Positions 63,691 to 64,000 of a DNA stretch of 64,000 bases are shown here, piece by piece. The notes under the pieces were generated by a model. The model searched no databases, was not told where the DNA came from, and worked only from the letters and a program-made list of their open reading frames with translations. Position numbers and translations under genes: made by a program. The DNA lies in the NCBI RefSeq assembly GCF_009914755.1, contig NC_060936.1, one strand, 5' to 3'. Position 1 is the first letter of the stretch, and every line of letters starts with the position of its first letter. The DNA comes from the human T2T-CHM13v2.0 reference genome, Homo sapiens.

Positions 63691-64000
63691 ACAGAACTTC
63701 TACAGCTGTGCAAATCCCAAAGGCTCTAAAACTGGTTCATAGTACCACTTACCCTCGAATTAATGAGTCATTTTGTATTTATTGGCTTGAAAATGAAAGC
63801 ATGGTTGCTTTCTGTATTAGTGCACAGAAGAAAAATAGATCATCCTTTGTTTTGCCAGTCAAATGAAGAAAATTGGTTTGAAATGTTTTTCCCATAGAGC
63901 AGATTAGTTGAAATTTATCATGCATTACAGGAAACGGAACTAGAAATAACTCAAATTGATGTCATCTTCATGTATTTTTCATTGCTGTTTGCATTTCTCT

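Overview
Human genomic DNA (the human-specific AluYb8 at 54567 fixes the species). The window is AT-rich and dense in transposable elements, and I could not recognise any protein-coding exon. The single GC-rich feature is a ~1.1 kb CpG island at ~34440-35560 with promoter-type motifs (three canonical E2F sites, ETS, CRE-like, GC box, G-quadruplex); I cannot name its transcript. The rest is about 20 Alus, four large L1s (internally deleted L1PB, old L1M 5' part, near full-length L1MA, truncated L1PA3), many solo or partial LTRs, DNA-transposon relics and L2/MIR fragments. All supplied ORFs are explained by repeats, low complexity or the CpG island. I found no convincing novel biological system. 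Best leads: (1) a decayed class III (ERVL-type) provirus at ~55650-58760 with an env-like region; (2) a retrocopied cellular mRNA 3' end inside a MER41B LTR; (3) the unassigned E2F-rich CpG island; (4) several local rearrangement scars. Repeat subfamily names come from recalled consensus sequences and need RepeatMasker/Dfam confirmation. Boundaries without target-site duplications (TSDs) are approximate.
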